Source: the human T2T-CHM13v2.0 reference genome, Homo sapiens. From it: a DNA stretch of 64,000 nucleotides. How positions within the stretch are numbered: position 1 is the stretch's first letter; the number at the start of each line of letters is the position of its first letter. Positions 1 to 64,000 of the stretch are shown here, piece after piece. The translations under genes and the position numbers were made by a program. The stretch lies in the NCBI RefSeq assembly GCF_009914755.1, contig NC_060931.1; one strand, 5' to 3'. The notes beneath the pieces are model-generated. The model was given only the letters and a program-made list of their open reading frames with translations. It had not been told where the DNA came from and did not search any database.

Positions 1-431
1 CTTCCACCTCCCAGGCGCATCCTTGGCTTATCTGCCGCAACATGCGGCTTCTGCACCGGCCGGGGGGCCTTATCAGCCTCAGTAAGTCTGGGGCTGGGAG
101 AGGGAAGAGGAAAAGCAGAGAAATAATGGGCAAATTGTTTTTAACTTCAAAGGAGGATTCAGCTTTAGGGACCATGCAGGGCCTCTCAGGGCTCATCTAT
201 CCCTTGCCAGGCAGTAGGAAACTAGCCTTGGGAAGACTGTGTCTTTGGAGCTATGATGGACTGCAGGCCTCTGTCTTCCTAGACAGTCCATGATAAGGAT
301 GAATTCCATTTCTTGTGGGGTTATAAGAGCCAGGCCCAGTAAGGGAGGACTCGGGGGTGTGGAGCGATCCCCAGTCAGGCTGCAGAGAATGAACGAGGCA
401 AGGCCAGAAATACGTCCACATCCAACCCTAC

Positions 432-63786
<63,355 letters not shown>

Positions 63787-64000
63787 CTGGGAAGGACATA
63801 CCCTCGAGTTACTCAGGAGATGGCCGCTTGGTCCAGGGAGGGGCGGATGCTGAGGTCAGGTGTTTCCAGCAGCTCCCAGGATGTGTCCAAACTCAATGCG
63901 CCCAGAGCTAACCTTTTTGTGTCCTTCCTCAAGCCTGGTCCTCCTCCATCATTCCCAAATTTAGAAAAGATGGCAATTTCAATCACCTCTTGCCAAAGGC

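Overview
Human genomic DNA lying entirely inside the plexin A4 gene (PLXNA4), transcribed on the minus strand. I reconstructed 18 consecutive coding exons by hand (63786 down to 432; 2749 nt). All have AG/GT splice sites and phases that join into one uninterrupted frame running from the end of PSI-1 through the IPT/TIG domains, the transmembrane helix and juxtamembrane segment into the N-terminal half of the split Ras/Rap-GAP domain (probably exons 6-23; numbering from memory). Introns hold the usual primate repeats (Alu, L1, MIR, MER DNA transposons, solo LTRs). The most unusual region is the intron right after the transmembrane exon. It has a weak donor whose frame reads on for 80 Cys-rich codons into a compound core+(CA)n VNTR, a ~98%-identical 184-bp local duplication, and a ~0.9-kb tract complementary to the VNTR. 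Other oddities are a ~250-bp-arm inverted repeat in the large intron and several local duplications of different ages. No prokaryotic features, CRISPR arrays or structural RNA genes were found.
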